Source: Octopus sinensis (lineage: Eukaryota). From it: a stretch of 64,000 bases of DNA. Below the pieces are notes generated by a model. It had not been told where the DNA came from. It saw only the letters and a program-made list of their open reading frames with translations, and made no database searches. The position numbers were made by a program, and so were the translations under genes. Each line of letters starts with the position of its first letter. Positions within the stretch are counted from its first letter, which is position 1. Location: the NCBI RefSeq assembly GCF_006345805.1, contig NC_042997.1:80910001-80974000 (forward strand). The letters run 5' to 3'. Below are positions 10,131-22,556 of the stretch, in pieces.

Positions 10131-11671
10131 GTATTACAATTTTCAGAGATTCATACTATTTTAAAGATGTAAATCAAAAAAGGGAGAATGCTGACTCATA
10201 ACCTATGGTAGCTGACCCTATATAAACATGAATTGACTTTTAAATGAAAGAAAAGTTGTTCCAAATTAATGTCACTAAATGTAAGCAAAAGAATTTGAGC
10301 TAACTTCCCAGTTTTCTTTTTAAATTGTGACCGGCTTTAGAATTGCAGAGGCCAATTAAATGTGGTGCAACTATTTCATCTCTTGTCACTAATTAGATCA
10401 ATATTCTGAACTTAACTTTATGTCAATTTAAAAATTTGTGATGCAACATACATCTCTTGTTTTCATCAACTTTATAGTGACATCTGAAGAAGCTTCCTCT
10501 TGCAGCACAGTTGTCACAATGCCATCTCTAATGTAGATAATTACTTCAAATATCATCATTAATTAGTTGGATCTTGCATGTCTGTTCTGTTACTGACAGC
10601 AGAAGGGAAAATGGCTAATTACAGATGAGATATACTAATTCATATACCTTAAATTCAAATCTACTGTGTGTTGCCACGTGTTAGGCTTGTAAATTTAACT
10701 CTATATTTCCAACTTCATTTATTTTTTAAGAATAGCAAAAAGATGCAAAAAAAATAGCAAAAACACTCTGGAGTGTTATCTCATATTTCTTAGATTTCTT
10801 CACACCATGAAAGCAGAGCCGAACACTGACACTTAAAAGGCCCTAAGATCTTAGGAGATATTTATGGGGTTTTTTTTTTAATATCACTAATACTAATCAA
10901 TAGCAAGTCACTGGGTGCTGCTGGTTTTGCAGAGTCGCTGAATATATAACTGACATCTGTTAGTTTTCAGAGATTTGGGTTTTTACCAAGGGTGACATAT
11001 CTCTATCCCCCACTTCATTAGAACTGCATTCATCTGAAGCCTACCACTTTACCCTTTTGTTCCTTGAAATAATTATCATGCAATAATTCCTAATGTGAGC
11101 TAAACTTGTTATTGTATTTCTTATACACTTGTATTTCTATACATATTGTATTTCTTATACATTGCCTTTGATTAAATTTTTTGAAAAATGAAGAATTTAT
11201 TAAAATTTCTTTGCCATTATTAACATAAATAAACATGAAATTTCGATGGAACATTCTGTTTTGAAATTTGTATCCTAGAACCAGGGGGCAGGTTGGTATC
11301 AAAAGGGTTATTAAAACAATGAATTATATAGTGCACCTGTTTTTACAGGTATGATCCATGGGCTTGGCTGTTACATTTAGGTAGCCTGAAACATTCATGA
11401 CATTAGCTTTCAATTAAATACTTCCATCTGTTGAAATATTTCTTCATTAAACAGAATTCTTGTTACTTTTAATAGTGAGCTGTAAACATTAACTATTTAC
11501 AGCTGGGTTAACAGAGCTTATATCTCCAGAAGGATTTGAAACAGCACTTCCATCTAATTAAATACTTAATTATGTTGACTTAAATATGGAAGAACCTGTG
11601 AAAGAGGAAGAGCTAGGAAGATGTCAGACAAAGTGGTGAAAACAATTATCTTCTGATGTTGAACCTCCTGA

Positions 11672-12956
11672 GTGTAGGATACAAGCCCCCTAGGACAAAA
11701 GCCCCCAAAACAAAAACCCCATCATTAAAGTGGGAGAGTGGACAAAAAACCCTCAGATAAAAGCCCCATGATTATAGTTTTTGGTTATTTTTTGTTTTCT
11801 TTTCACCTTTTACTTGCTTCAGTCTTTTGACTGTGGCCATGCTGGGGTACCACCTTGAAGAATATTTAGTTGAACATATCAATGCCAGAATTTAAAAAAA
11901 TTTTTACTTGTTGCTGCAGTTATTAGACTGTGGCCATGCTGGAGCATGACCTTGAAGAATTTTTAGTCAAATGTATCGATGCCAGATTTTTTTATCTTTA
12001 CTTGTTGCAGTTATTAGACTCCAGCCATGCTGGGGCACTGCCTTGAAGAATTTTTAGTTGCAGAAAAATCAGCATTTTAAAATTTAAATTTAAAGTCTTT
12101 TGTTTTCTTCTCTCAGCACTTACAGATTAATGAGAATAAGCTGACCTTTTGAACTTTCTCCAGCCATTGAAGGTCTAATAGAATTATGGTGCTGAAGGCT
12201 AATTATTCAAATCTACACTCAGGAGGCTCAACATCAGAAGATCATTGTTTTTATGTTTCTACACATTTCTTGAAGTAAATGCTTTCCCTTTTGTTAGAAT
12301 TCAGATAATATGTACATTGAGTAGTAAAGAGTCTTGTGTTCTGTTATTCTATTCTACTTATTCATTTTTAGTTGAATATATTTTGTTTACTTAAAAATTG
12401 GAATTTTGGAAAAATCAAGTTTGTTTTTTTACAACTGCAAATTCTGTTTTTGTTTATGTGAAATTATAAAAAGAAATTTTTATTTGTTATTTCTAGCATG
12501 TGGAGAGACCTAGGCTTAACTTCTTGTGCTGGTTGAAAATCACCTAAAAAAGATTCTGGAGTCAATACATAGTAGTAGTCCAATGACTGAAACAAATAAA
12601 AATATTTTTAGAAAATAAAAAAATTGAAGTATAACCAAAAAATATAACCAAGGGGTTATAAAAAATTTTCAAGTGATTTAGCTGCTAATTCTAGAATGTG
12701 GAGAGACCTTCTAGGCTTCACTTCAGGTGTTGGTTGAAAATCATTTAAAAAATTCTGGGGACGATACATTCAACTAAAAATTCCTCAAGATGGTGTCCCA
12801 GTATGGCCACAGTCTAATGACTGCAACAAGTAAAAGGAAAAAAAAACGAAAAATAACCGTTATATATCTAACCATGAGGTTTTTGTCTGAGGGGCTTTTG
12901 TCCACTTTCAAACTGTAACTATGGGGCTTTTGTCTGTGGGGCTTTTGTCCAGATCT
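11672..12956. mobile_element. Non-autonomous TIR element (MULE/foldback-like) with repeated GGACAAAAGCCCC motifs
   Basis: Left end has several (g)acaaaagcccc motifs (11675-11770); right end has the inverted ggggcttttgtc(c) motifs (12880-12952). Flanks ttgaacctcct / ttgagcctccc may be a decayed 9-11-bp TSD. Interior holds three tandem SINE-tail fragments. Confidence 0.55.
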
Positions 12957-13185
12957 TGAGCCTCCCAGAGGAGAAGACTAAGGATCTAGATAATTGGCAG
13001 TTTGCTGTGCGTGAGAAGACTTTTCCAGCTAAGTAAAATCAAAGCCCAAAAATGTGTCATTTATGTCCATGCTCCTGCACGCAATCTGTCCACATGCTAT
13101 CTCCCCAACATATCTCCTGTCCCTCACCTATTTCATCACTTCCCTCTATTTCCCACTCTCCCTCATGAACTTGCCTGCATACTAT

Positions 13186-13425
13186 CATCATCATCATCAT
13201 CATTTAACATCTGTTTTCCATGCTGGCATGAGTTAGACACTGGAACTGATAAACCGGAGAGCTGCACCAGTCTCTAATCTGTTTTGGCTTGATTTCTACA
13301 GCTGGATGTTATTCCCAATGCCAACCACCCCATAGAGTGTACAGGGTTTTTTGTACATGTCACCAGCCCAGGTGCCTTTTACGTGTCACCAGCACAGGTA
13401 CCTTTTGCATGTTACCAGCAGAGGT
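13186..13425 (-). mobile_element. RTE 3' tail copy
   Basis: (CAT)n-ttaacatctgttttccatgctggcatg...ctacagctggatg...ccaaccac motif. Confidence 0.75.
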
Positions 13426-14009
13426 GCCTCGTACTTGTGAAATCTTTTCTCTACAACTCATTCTCCTAACACCCCTCCACCAACCTTTGCCCACTCACTA
13501 CATCCCCCCTCAATCTCCCACTTTCCTTTTGCATTCTCACAAGCTTACTCACCCAGTCACCCTATCCAATCTCTGGTCCACTTCACTATATACACCTCCC
13601 TGTAACTTGGAAGTACGTCCCATCACATCTTCACCATTTTGTTTCTCTCTTCTCTCTTTCTCTCTTTTGTCCCCTTTCTCTCTCTCACTTCATTCTCTCT
13701 CCTGTTGATGTAACTATGAATCTTCTCTACTGCAAGACATCTGTTTCTGTTCCACTATGCAGACTCTAACCTCTCACCACCTGGCACTAAGCCACCTCTC
13801 TCAATACTACTCCCCATTCAATTAATTCACTGCTGCTGGTGCAGTGAAGTCACCAAGCACCCAATACATCCTGTTAAGTGGTTGGCATGAGGAAAGACAT
13901 TTAACAATGGAAACCATGCCAAAGCAGTTTTCTGACTTTTCTGTAAAAAGTTCAATCCATGCCAGTGTGGAAGAAGGATATTAAATAATGATTTCAAATT
14001 TTGGCACAA

Positions 14010-14155
14010 GTCCAGTAATTCTGGAGGAGGGGATAAATCGATTACATTGACCCCAGTGATAAACTGGTGCTTATTTTATCAACTCTGAAAGGATGAAAGG
14101 CAAAGTTAACCTCAGTGAAGTTTGAACTCCGAATGTAAAGACAGACGAAATGCTT
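14010..14155 (-). mobile_element. SINE family 2 fragment
   Basis: Reverse complement of the core of 47753-47987 (gaaaggatgaaaggcaaagttaacctc...gaactc). Confidence 0.75.
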
Positions 14156-15440
14156 CAGGGAGGATATTAAATAATGATGATGTTGATGATGATGATAATG
14201 ATGACATACTACCTATTTACAATAAAATAGACTGAGCCAGTGCAGTTAAGTATTTTAACCCTGAATACTGTGCACAGCTGTCAGTACTGAGATGTGAACT
14301 ATCAGCCTCTTCATTCTACCAACTTTGTTTTGACTTCCCTGAAATCATAGATATACCCATAAAAGACACCCAGCTTTATACTAAACAATGTATTTTTAGT
14401 AGTTTTATTGGGAGTATACAATTTTAAGATTTAGGTCTTACATATGTGGCCCTTAATTTAAATATAATAGAAGAGTGTTTGTTGAGCTAGACCTAGCTAT
14501 TGCATTAAGCAGGTCAGAAGGGGAAAATGAAGGAAGAGGAAGGGCAAGAACTAATAACGACAGTGTTGTCTAGTAGTAGTAGTAGTAGTAGTAGTAATAG
14601 TAGTAGTAGTAGTAGTAGCAGCAGCAGCAGCAGTAGCAGCAGCAGCAGCAGTTGTTGTTGTTGTTGTATTCTCTAACAGGAAGGAAGAAAGAATGAATGA
14701 AAAGAATTAAATGATCAATAGCATAAGAAATTTGGTGAATTGTGGTATCAAGAGACAGATGTAGGTAAAAATAATCTAGTTAATGCTATCTTAAGGATAC
14801 TGAAACTGACAGAGAGGTCAGCAATAGACAAGAATGAGGAAGAGAGATAAAATCAATAACTCTGTCACTGTAGGTGACACTAATTCTAACCATTTAATCA
14901 GAACTAGTTGACAGCTAAAGATGAAAATTCTTTACTTTCTATGATTAATTCAAATAATGACAGATAATAATTTCTAGGTTCCTTTTTATTTATGAATATA
15001 TTTATTTACATATTCCTGCAAGGCTGAAGGTTAGCCAGGTTAGACAGTGAGTTGTCTCGCTCTCTCTCTGGGAATTAGGAATCATGAGTTCAAATCTCAG
15101 GCAAGTGTTCAGTACAAAATATATTTATTTTGCATTACTACATTTGGTCTGGCTATTATATATTCAATGGCCAAAATCACTGTCATCAATTTTATCCTAA
15201 TCATCGTTATTGTTGTTATCATAATTGTCACCACTATCATCATTGTCATCATTGTTGTTGTCATTCTCCTCCATCCACCTTCACAACCACCACCAGTGCC
15301 ACCACTGCAACTATTACTACTAGAGAGACATGGTCCTTGACCAGAAAGGATTTTACCATATGCTTATTATTTTTCTATTTCACATGTATTCTTCCATGAT
15401 AACATAAGAAGGAAGACTTCCATTGATAATTTTGTTTTAG

Positions 15441-15517
15441 GTTGCTGACCTTCCTACTACTCTCCACTCAACTATGAAATAGAAGCAAAACCTGTGGAAT
15501 GTCAAACAAAACTGATG
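15441..15517 (+). other. Candidate spliced exon (possibly 5' UTR plus start codon) of an unidentified host gene
   Basis: Acceptor ttttgttttag| at 15440 and donor |gtgagt at 15518 in non-repetitive sequence; all three frames from the acceptor hit stops, but ATG at 15499 reads MSNKTD(G) into the donor. Confidence 0.35.
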
Positions 15518-16054
15518 GTGAGTCACTGCTTTGCTTAGGGATACAACATAAATGATTATTGTTGTATGATTGGAAGTCATATCATTGTTTTGATCCTCAG
15601 GTCTCTACAATAATTAAATTAGGATACCAATCACTTAAGTAATTTGAACTAGTCTTCCTACTTAACAGGTAATTGGATATGGAGGACTCTGAAGACTCTT
15701 CCCTTGTGTACCCACTCCACTCAATCACTAGAAAGTTCCAAAAATTTAGTTTACTGGACACCATATTTATGTTGGAATGCATTACTTTTGTTTTGATTAG
15801 TTTTGAAAGTAATGAAGAATTTTGTAATATAACTTTGTCGTTATTAAGCTGGTGTTTGGGATATAAGTTAACATGAAATTTTGATGGAAGGTTATAATTT
15901 AGATCACTTTAAAATAGAAAGTTTGTATCACAGAACCAGGTTCAGTCTCAGGTGGGTTGGTATCAAAAGAGTTAATACTCTAATAATTATTGCTGGATCA
16001 TCAACTTTATGTTTAAGTTTGTACTTGTTTCCATTTTACTTAGTAGTCTTTGGT

Positions 16055-16270
16055 AAGGCAGCAAGTTGACAGAATCATAAGCATGTCAGACAAAATACCA
16101 AGTGGCATTTCTACTGGTTTTATGTTCTGAGTTCCTATTCTTCTGAGGTTGACTTTGCCTTTCATCCTTTTGGGTTGATAAAGTTAGTATCAGTTGAGCA
16201 TTGGAGTTGATATAGTCGACTAACCCCTTTCCCCCTAATTTCAAGTCTTGTGTCTATAGTAGAAAGAAAA
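16055..16270 (+). mobile_element. SINE family 2, degraded
   Basis: ttctgagttc...ctgaggttgactttgcctttcatcctttt core, as in 47753-47987. Confidence 0.75.
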
Positions 16271-16491
16271 AGTGGTCTTTGGCTACTATCATTGCTTTGA
16301 TATTGATGGATTTGTGACATAATAAAACCTGTTGGTCCAAGTCTTATACCCAGATGCAGTTAAGGCCTCATGAGGTTTAATTTGGTAACAAGGCAAAATA
16401 CATGGCATTTATAAAACTCTGTCTTGGCTTTTAAACTATCACTAGTAATTCTGGAATCCTTTCAGGTTTGATTGATTATAGACCAGTTAGT

Positions 16492-16827
16492 GAAGGTGCA
16501 TGGGTCAGTGGTTACAGCATTGAGCTTACGATCGTGAGGGTGTGAGCTCGAATCTTGGACTGGGCTGCGTGTTGTGTTCTTGAGCAAGACACTTTATTTC
16601 ACATTGCTCCAGTTCACTCAGCTGTAGAAATGAGTTGCAACGTCACAGGTGCCAAGCTGTATTGGCCTTTGCCTTTCCCTTGGATAATACTGGTGACATG
16701 GAGAGGGGAGGCCGGTATGCATGAGCAACTGTTGGTCTTCCATAAACAACCTTGCCTGGACTTGTGCCTGGGAGGGTAACTTTCTAGGTGCAATCCCATG
16801 ACTTGTGTCGTGACTGAAGGGGGTCTC
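16492..16827 (+). mobile_element. tRNA-derived SINE family 3
   Basis: tRNA-like head (tcagtggtt...gagctcgaatc) followed by ttgagcaagacacttt...ctccagttcactcagctg central domain. Confidence 0.65.
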
Positions 16828-17469
16828 AGTCAATTACTTTGCCACCTTTCTTTAGTCATATGTATCTGGACTTTTTTCATGCTATGGTAAGAAGTTTGCT
16901 TCCCAACCACATGGATCTGGGTTCAGTCCCACTGTATGGCATCTTGGTGTGCATATATCCCTGTAACTTATTTGCTTATTGTTATTTCATTCTCTGTGAG
17001 AAGAATTTCTAATAGGAAATTTCTTACATGTTTATCCAACATGTACAACTTTGTCATTCCTATTAGAAAATGAAACATGTGTAATGGTGAATAAATAATA
17101 CCAATAAATTTTCCAACTTCTTGTTTTGTTATATATGTTACACACACACACAGAGACGCACACACATAGGTGATAACACAGATGGGTTGCATCCCATCTG
17201 TGTTATCATTTATTCTTTACCTAACTCGGAATCTTACATGTTTGGATCTGAAGTCTATAGTTAATGGTGGAATATGTGCAATGAGTGTACTCCTGTATGA
17301 CTTTGATGATATGCTGTGTATTCAGTCAGTTACTTGTACATATATATATATATATATATATACAACCAACAATATATAACTACATATATATAGCTTTTTA
17401 TGTTTTGGTGTATGTAGAATACATTGTCCAATGTATTTCTTCTTCATTTTCAATGGGTGCTATCATTTA

Positions 17470-18320
17470 GCAAACTGAGCAAGGATATAAGATTTCCTTA
17501 GTACCATCCCTTTTATGAATCCTTCTTATCTCAATAACCAGCACAATATCTTTGTTCTTGTATAATACTTCAGAGAAAAGTTTTAATAATCTATCAAATC
17601 CAAGGCATTTTCAGTTGCAAGTTTTTTAGATGCTGTGGTAACTTTTTTGGATAATAATTCACCTGGTTTCTTTAATATTCTGGTTTTTGTTAAGTTTCTT
17701 CTGTAATCCTGCTGCCTTCTTCTTGTGGCTCAGAGAGTTTTTCCCAATATGTTTCCCCAATATTTCTCTACTTTTAGCTTTATTTCTAATATCTGTTATC
17801 AATGTTTTTTTCTTATTTAATCTTCTATGGAATATTCTGGAGTTACTTCTAAATAGTTTCTCATGTTTGAAAAAAAAAAAGCATATACACTTTTCAAATT
17901 GCTTAATATATATATTGTGTCTTTGCTAAGGATTCTTACCTTATTTCTCCGTTTTTATATTTTCTCTATTTCCATAAATATCTTTGCTGTTGTTTCTTTA
18001 TTTTAATTTTTAACTTCCCTTTGTCTATTTTACTCAATATTGATGTATCTTTTTATTTTTTATATTTTTTGGTACCATTTTCTTTCATGTTATTGTAATC
18101 TGAGTCAGGGTTGTTCATTTGTCCCCTCAGGCATATATCTGTATTCAATTTTATACTTCAGCAGTAACTGCATAAGAAAAACTCAGTTTACAGTTTCAAT
18201 GCTGACATTACCATTTCTTTCTAAGAACTCCCCAAATACCCTATTGCAAATGAAAGAGTTTCTATTTAAGAACTTTTCTAATCTATAATTGTTTTCTATA
18301 TTTTTGTTTTCCTCTGTAAA
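17470..18320 (-). pseudogene. Highly degraded LINE relic (endonuclease-RT linker)
   Basis: Minus-strand remnant resembling KL..EKA.G.D.I (around 17590-17630); many stops. Confidence 0.35.
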
Positions 18321-18331
18321 CTTGTTTACCA

Positions 18332-18370
<39 letters not shown>

Positions 18371-18471
18371 CGTGCGTGTGCATGTGCATGCATGCATTTG
18401 TATGCTTCTTTGGGCTTATATGTTTCATTTATTTACTTAACCCATGCTAGCATGGAAAACGGACGTTAAAC

Positions 18472-18503
<32 letters not shown>

Positions 18504-18822
18504 ATTTTATTTTAAATCACAGTTGGTGAAAAATAGCATTGCTGGTAAGAGTTTTGCTTTTGGCCAGTTGCTTGTTCACTATATTTCTGATGGTAAAAGT
18601 GTCAAGGGAATACTTGTAATTCAATGCAGAATAAACATTGCAAGAGTCTTTATTTGTAAAATGCAGTGTTTTTTCTTTTTGTTTTTTGTTTTCTCACTAA
18701 CTTTTATATCCTTCCCTAATATACATCCATGAAACATATCCACATGTACTCATGTTTATATGTACACAAATGCATGCCCCCTGCCACATGTAAAACACAT
18801 AAACATGTTTACACACACACAC

Positions 18823-18866
<44 letters not shown>

Positions 18867-19359
18867 GATGAGATTTCACCTAATTTCTGTCAACAAAATT
18901 TCTCCCACAAAGTATTGGTTAACCTAGGGCTATAGTAAAAGATATTTGCCCAAAGTGTCATTCAGTGGGAATGAACTTGGAACAATATGTCTTCAAAGTC
19001 AACTTTTTAACCATCTAAAGTATTCATGTTTAACTCTTGATTATAGTTTTCTGAAGTATAATTAAAACTAGTAATTGAGATTAAGAACTAAGATTGTTTA
19101 CTACTGCTATTATTTGAAGATGTATCTTTTATTTCCTGGTGTCTGATGTATATACTTAACTTCCATTTGTAATTCTTACATGGTTCTAGAATTTTTACCT
19201 GTTTTCTTCGCTTGTTAATTGTGAATCTCTTAGATTAAATTTTCCATTCATTTACTACTTTCTTGTTTGCTTTTATCATATAGCCGTACATTTGATAGTC
19301 TATTCCAGTCTAAATTACAGTCTACATTTTCTTCTTCATAAAGATAGTCTAATTCTCTT

Positions 19360-20345
19360 ATTTATTATGTTTGTATAACCAAGGCAGGTGTAGAAGACTG
19401 TGCCTTTGTAGCATGTTGATGCATTCGCCATTTGTCAATATGGTCCCTTGTCCTCCAGGGCAACGTGTTGAGCAGAGTCCCAGTTTGTTCCCATCTCCAT
19501 GAGACACTTCCTCATCTGCCATGACCATATGGCAACTGGTTGACAAACACGAGCTGTCAACCCAGCTGTATCTTCAGTGGAGAGAATGCAGCAAATAGGG
19601 TCTAACTTGGAAAATCAAGCAACATAACCAAACAGTCTGAGCTGGTGTTTCTGAATCATACAAGTCACAGGACACATTACAGTTTCTGAGTAGAGTCATT
19701 GGTTGGATATGAAATCTGAGCAGTAGTAACTCATAATCCTACAAGGCATCTTGATACCAAAGAAGTTCATGTGGCTCCTAAAGGCCCTGGATAGTGCCAC
19801 AACTATAGAGTCTCACAACTATCTCACAAATCTCATAACTGTTGAACAGGACAGGGAGGTCCAGAGACCTAAAGACATAAATCTTTGTCCACCTACACAG
19901 ATGTCAGCAGCACCAAACACTCTTGTTCAATGAGTCCACAACTGAACCAGCTCATCCAAGTCTTTTTAGGACTTCAGACTCACAGCTAATGCAGCTCAGA
20001 ATCTCACTGCTGAGGTAAGTGAAGCAGTCAACAACTTCAACGTTCTTATCCACAACAGAGACAAACAAGGCGGAGTCCTTCAAGAAACAAAGGACTGAAT
20101 CTTTGTCTTGAACCAAGAGACTCTAAGGTCAAGTGGTTCTGCTTCCTTACTCAGTGAAAGGAGAGCACTCCTTAAGACATCCAGAGATTCAGCAACAATA
20201 ACTGCATCATCAGCAAAATCTAGGTCTGTAATTGTAGTTTCACCAATGAGTGTGCCACAACTCAATCAAGCCATCAGAAGAAATAGTGTCAGCATTTTGC
20301 CTGATCTGCTAACAATTCTGCCAAATCACGATTTTTTATGTGTGT
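19360..20345 (-). mobile_element. RTE-clade LINE fragment (second family), RT C-terminal part
   Basis: ORF 20080-20265: ITDLDFADDAVIVAESLDVL...LRVSWFKTKIQ (RT catalytic motif), followed by degraded C-terminal motifs. Confidence 0.8.
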
Positions 20346-21008
20346 AGAATAATGCTGTTACGAATTCAATATAATTCTACTATACATTTAGCCCACCCAT
20401 AGTACTTACCATTGTGTGACACCTTGGGCAAACTTCTGTCATAACCTTGAATGACCTAAGCTTTTTGAATCAAACGGAAATTGCAGATACTTGTTTGATG
20501 GTTTCAGTCATGGAATTGTAATCATGCTTACAGTTGGAGTACTACCTTCAAATATTTTAGTCTATCATATGGACTCTAGCATTTTGCAAAGTATTTATTT
20601 TATTATTCTCATAAGAGATGTGTCAACTGAAGGAAAAGGATATGATGCAGTTGACATTGGCATCACACAGTTTTCCCATCATGTTGATACACACAAACAC
20701 GTACACATTCACACACACACATATTGTCCTCATCATCATCATTGTCATCATTATTGTTATTGTTATCATCATCATTGTTGTTGTCATTGTCACCACCATC
20801 ATCATAATCATCACGATTCTAAGTCTCCTTTCCATGCTGGCATGAGTTAGACGGGTTGTCACAGTCCAAGTCATTTGTCATTATGAGCTGCTGCTTCTAT
20901 AGACTGGTACTCAATCATGCCATTTGGCTTAGTTTTTGTTACCAGATGTTGTTAACCCCAACTATTTTACACAGTGTACTGGGTATATTTTCTTGAGGCC
21001 CCATGAGA

Positions 21009-21047
<39 letters not shown>

Positions 21048-21411
21048 GGTAATGGTTGTTACCACCTAAATGTGATTGTCCTGTACAGAGCAATGTTGCT
21101 ACTCATTTTACCCCCAAGAGGACACCTCCTCCAGCTGGTTAACAACGCAATATCTGTGTCCATTATATTGCAAATAAGGGAGTGAACAACTCCCATCCAG
21201 TGGTGATAGGACCAGTAGACCAGTTGGTAACATTGTTTTGTATGGAACAACAATTGTTTTGTATGGTAACAATCATTACTTTTCAGTAGAGTTATTACTT
21301 GTATCTCTTATAGAGATTTTAAACCTAGCTACTTTACTTGTTACATACATACATACATACATAAATACATACATACATACATACATACATACATACATAC
21401 ATACATACATA

Positions 21412-22556
21412 CAAAGGTGAGTCAAAAAGTAATGCCATTTTGTTTAGGATAGGTATAATTACCAACACAGGAACCTGTATCACACATCAAAATGAAGCTG
21501 GTCCTCTGTGGATCACATCCCTACTTCTCAGCATAGTCACCATTTCTCTCAATAGCAATGTTCCACCTTCAAATGAGAGAATGTATCTCTACCCCGTAAA
21601 ATTCTGTTGACTGTTCTTTGAGCCACTTCTTCCCTACAGTTTTCACTTCCTCATCACTGGAATAATATTTGCCTCTCAAACCCTCTTTCATGGGGCAGAA
21701 GAAATGATAGTCTGGAGGCACTAAATCTGGTGAGTATGGAGGATGTGGTAAAGTTGTCCACCCGAATGTGGCAATTGTCTCCCTTGTCCTGATGCTTGTG
21801 TGTGTTCGAGCATTGTCATGCAGAAGGAGGACATTGTCAATTGGCAAGTTGGGTCTAACTCGTCAGATTCTTGCTCTGAGGGTCTCAATGTAGGCCTCAG
21901 AGTTTATTGTTTTTCCTTTTGGCAAGAAATAGACCAGAATGAGCATCCCAAAAGACAGCCGCCATGATTTTTCCAGCTGACTTTTGCGTCATGAACGTTT
22001 TCAGTGGTGGTGATGTAGAGTGATGCCATTTTGTTGATTGCCTCTTTGATTCCGGTTCATTATGATGAACCCATGCTTCATCACCTATTACAAGCCTTCA
22101 AAGAAAGTGCTGTCTCTGACTTTGTTTGAGAAGTTCAGTGCAGGAATTGATCCTGTCAGTCTTTGCATTTGGTAGTCAGCTCTCTCGGTACCCAATGGGC
22201 ACCCACTTTTGAAAAGCCAAGTGATTCGACAATGTTGTAAGCACTTCCATGGCCCACTTCAAGGTTTTCTGCCAACTCATCAAGAGTTATGTGCCTGTCT
22301 TCTCTGATCACAGCATCTGCTTTTGCTTTATTGGCAGGATTCACAGAAGCAGATGGATGGCCAGATCGGGATTTATCAGCTACACTTACAATTCCCACCT
22401 TTTCATCTTTCAGACGACGGACCCACCTGCATACATTGCTACAATCTAAAGTATTGTCCTCAAAGACATTTTGTAATCATCGGTGAATTTTCACAGGGAT
22501 TTCCCCCTTAGCAACAAGAAATTCAATCACTGCTCTTTATTTTTGACATAACTCTA
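21412..22556 (-). mobile_element. Mariner (DD34D) element, degraded
   Basis: TA|caaaggtgagtcaaaaagtaatgcc TIR; ORF fragments LLLHDNAR...PHPPYSPDLVPPDYHFF (21569-21847) and RSGHP...EDRHITLDELAE...SKVGAHWVPREL (22156-22398); right TIR decayed. Confidence 0.85.

Noticed and set aside
13289-13708. 139-aa ORF
   Set aside because: Made of an RTE tail plus a pyrimidine-rich low-complexity tract; no domain.
14255-14340. Minus-strand exon encoding a signal-peptide-like MKRLIVHISVLTAVHSIQG
   Set aside because: The acceptor is good but the donor (GTTAAA) is weak and the frame stops immediately; no supporting exon was found.
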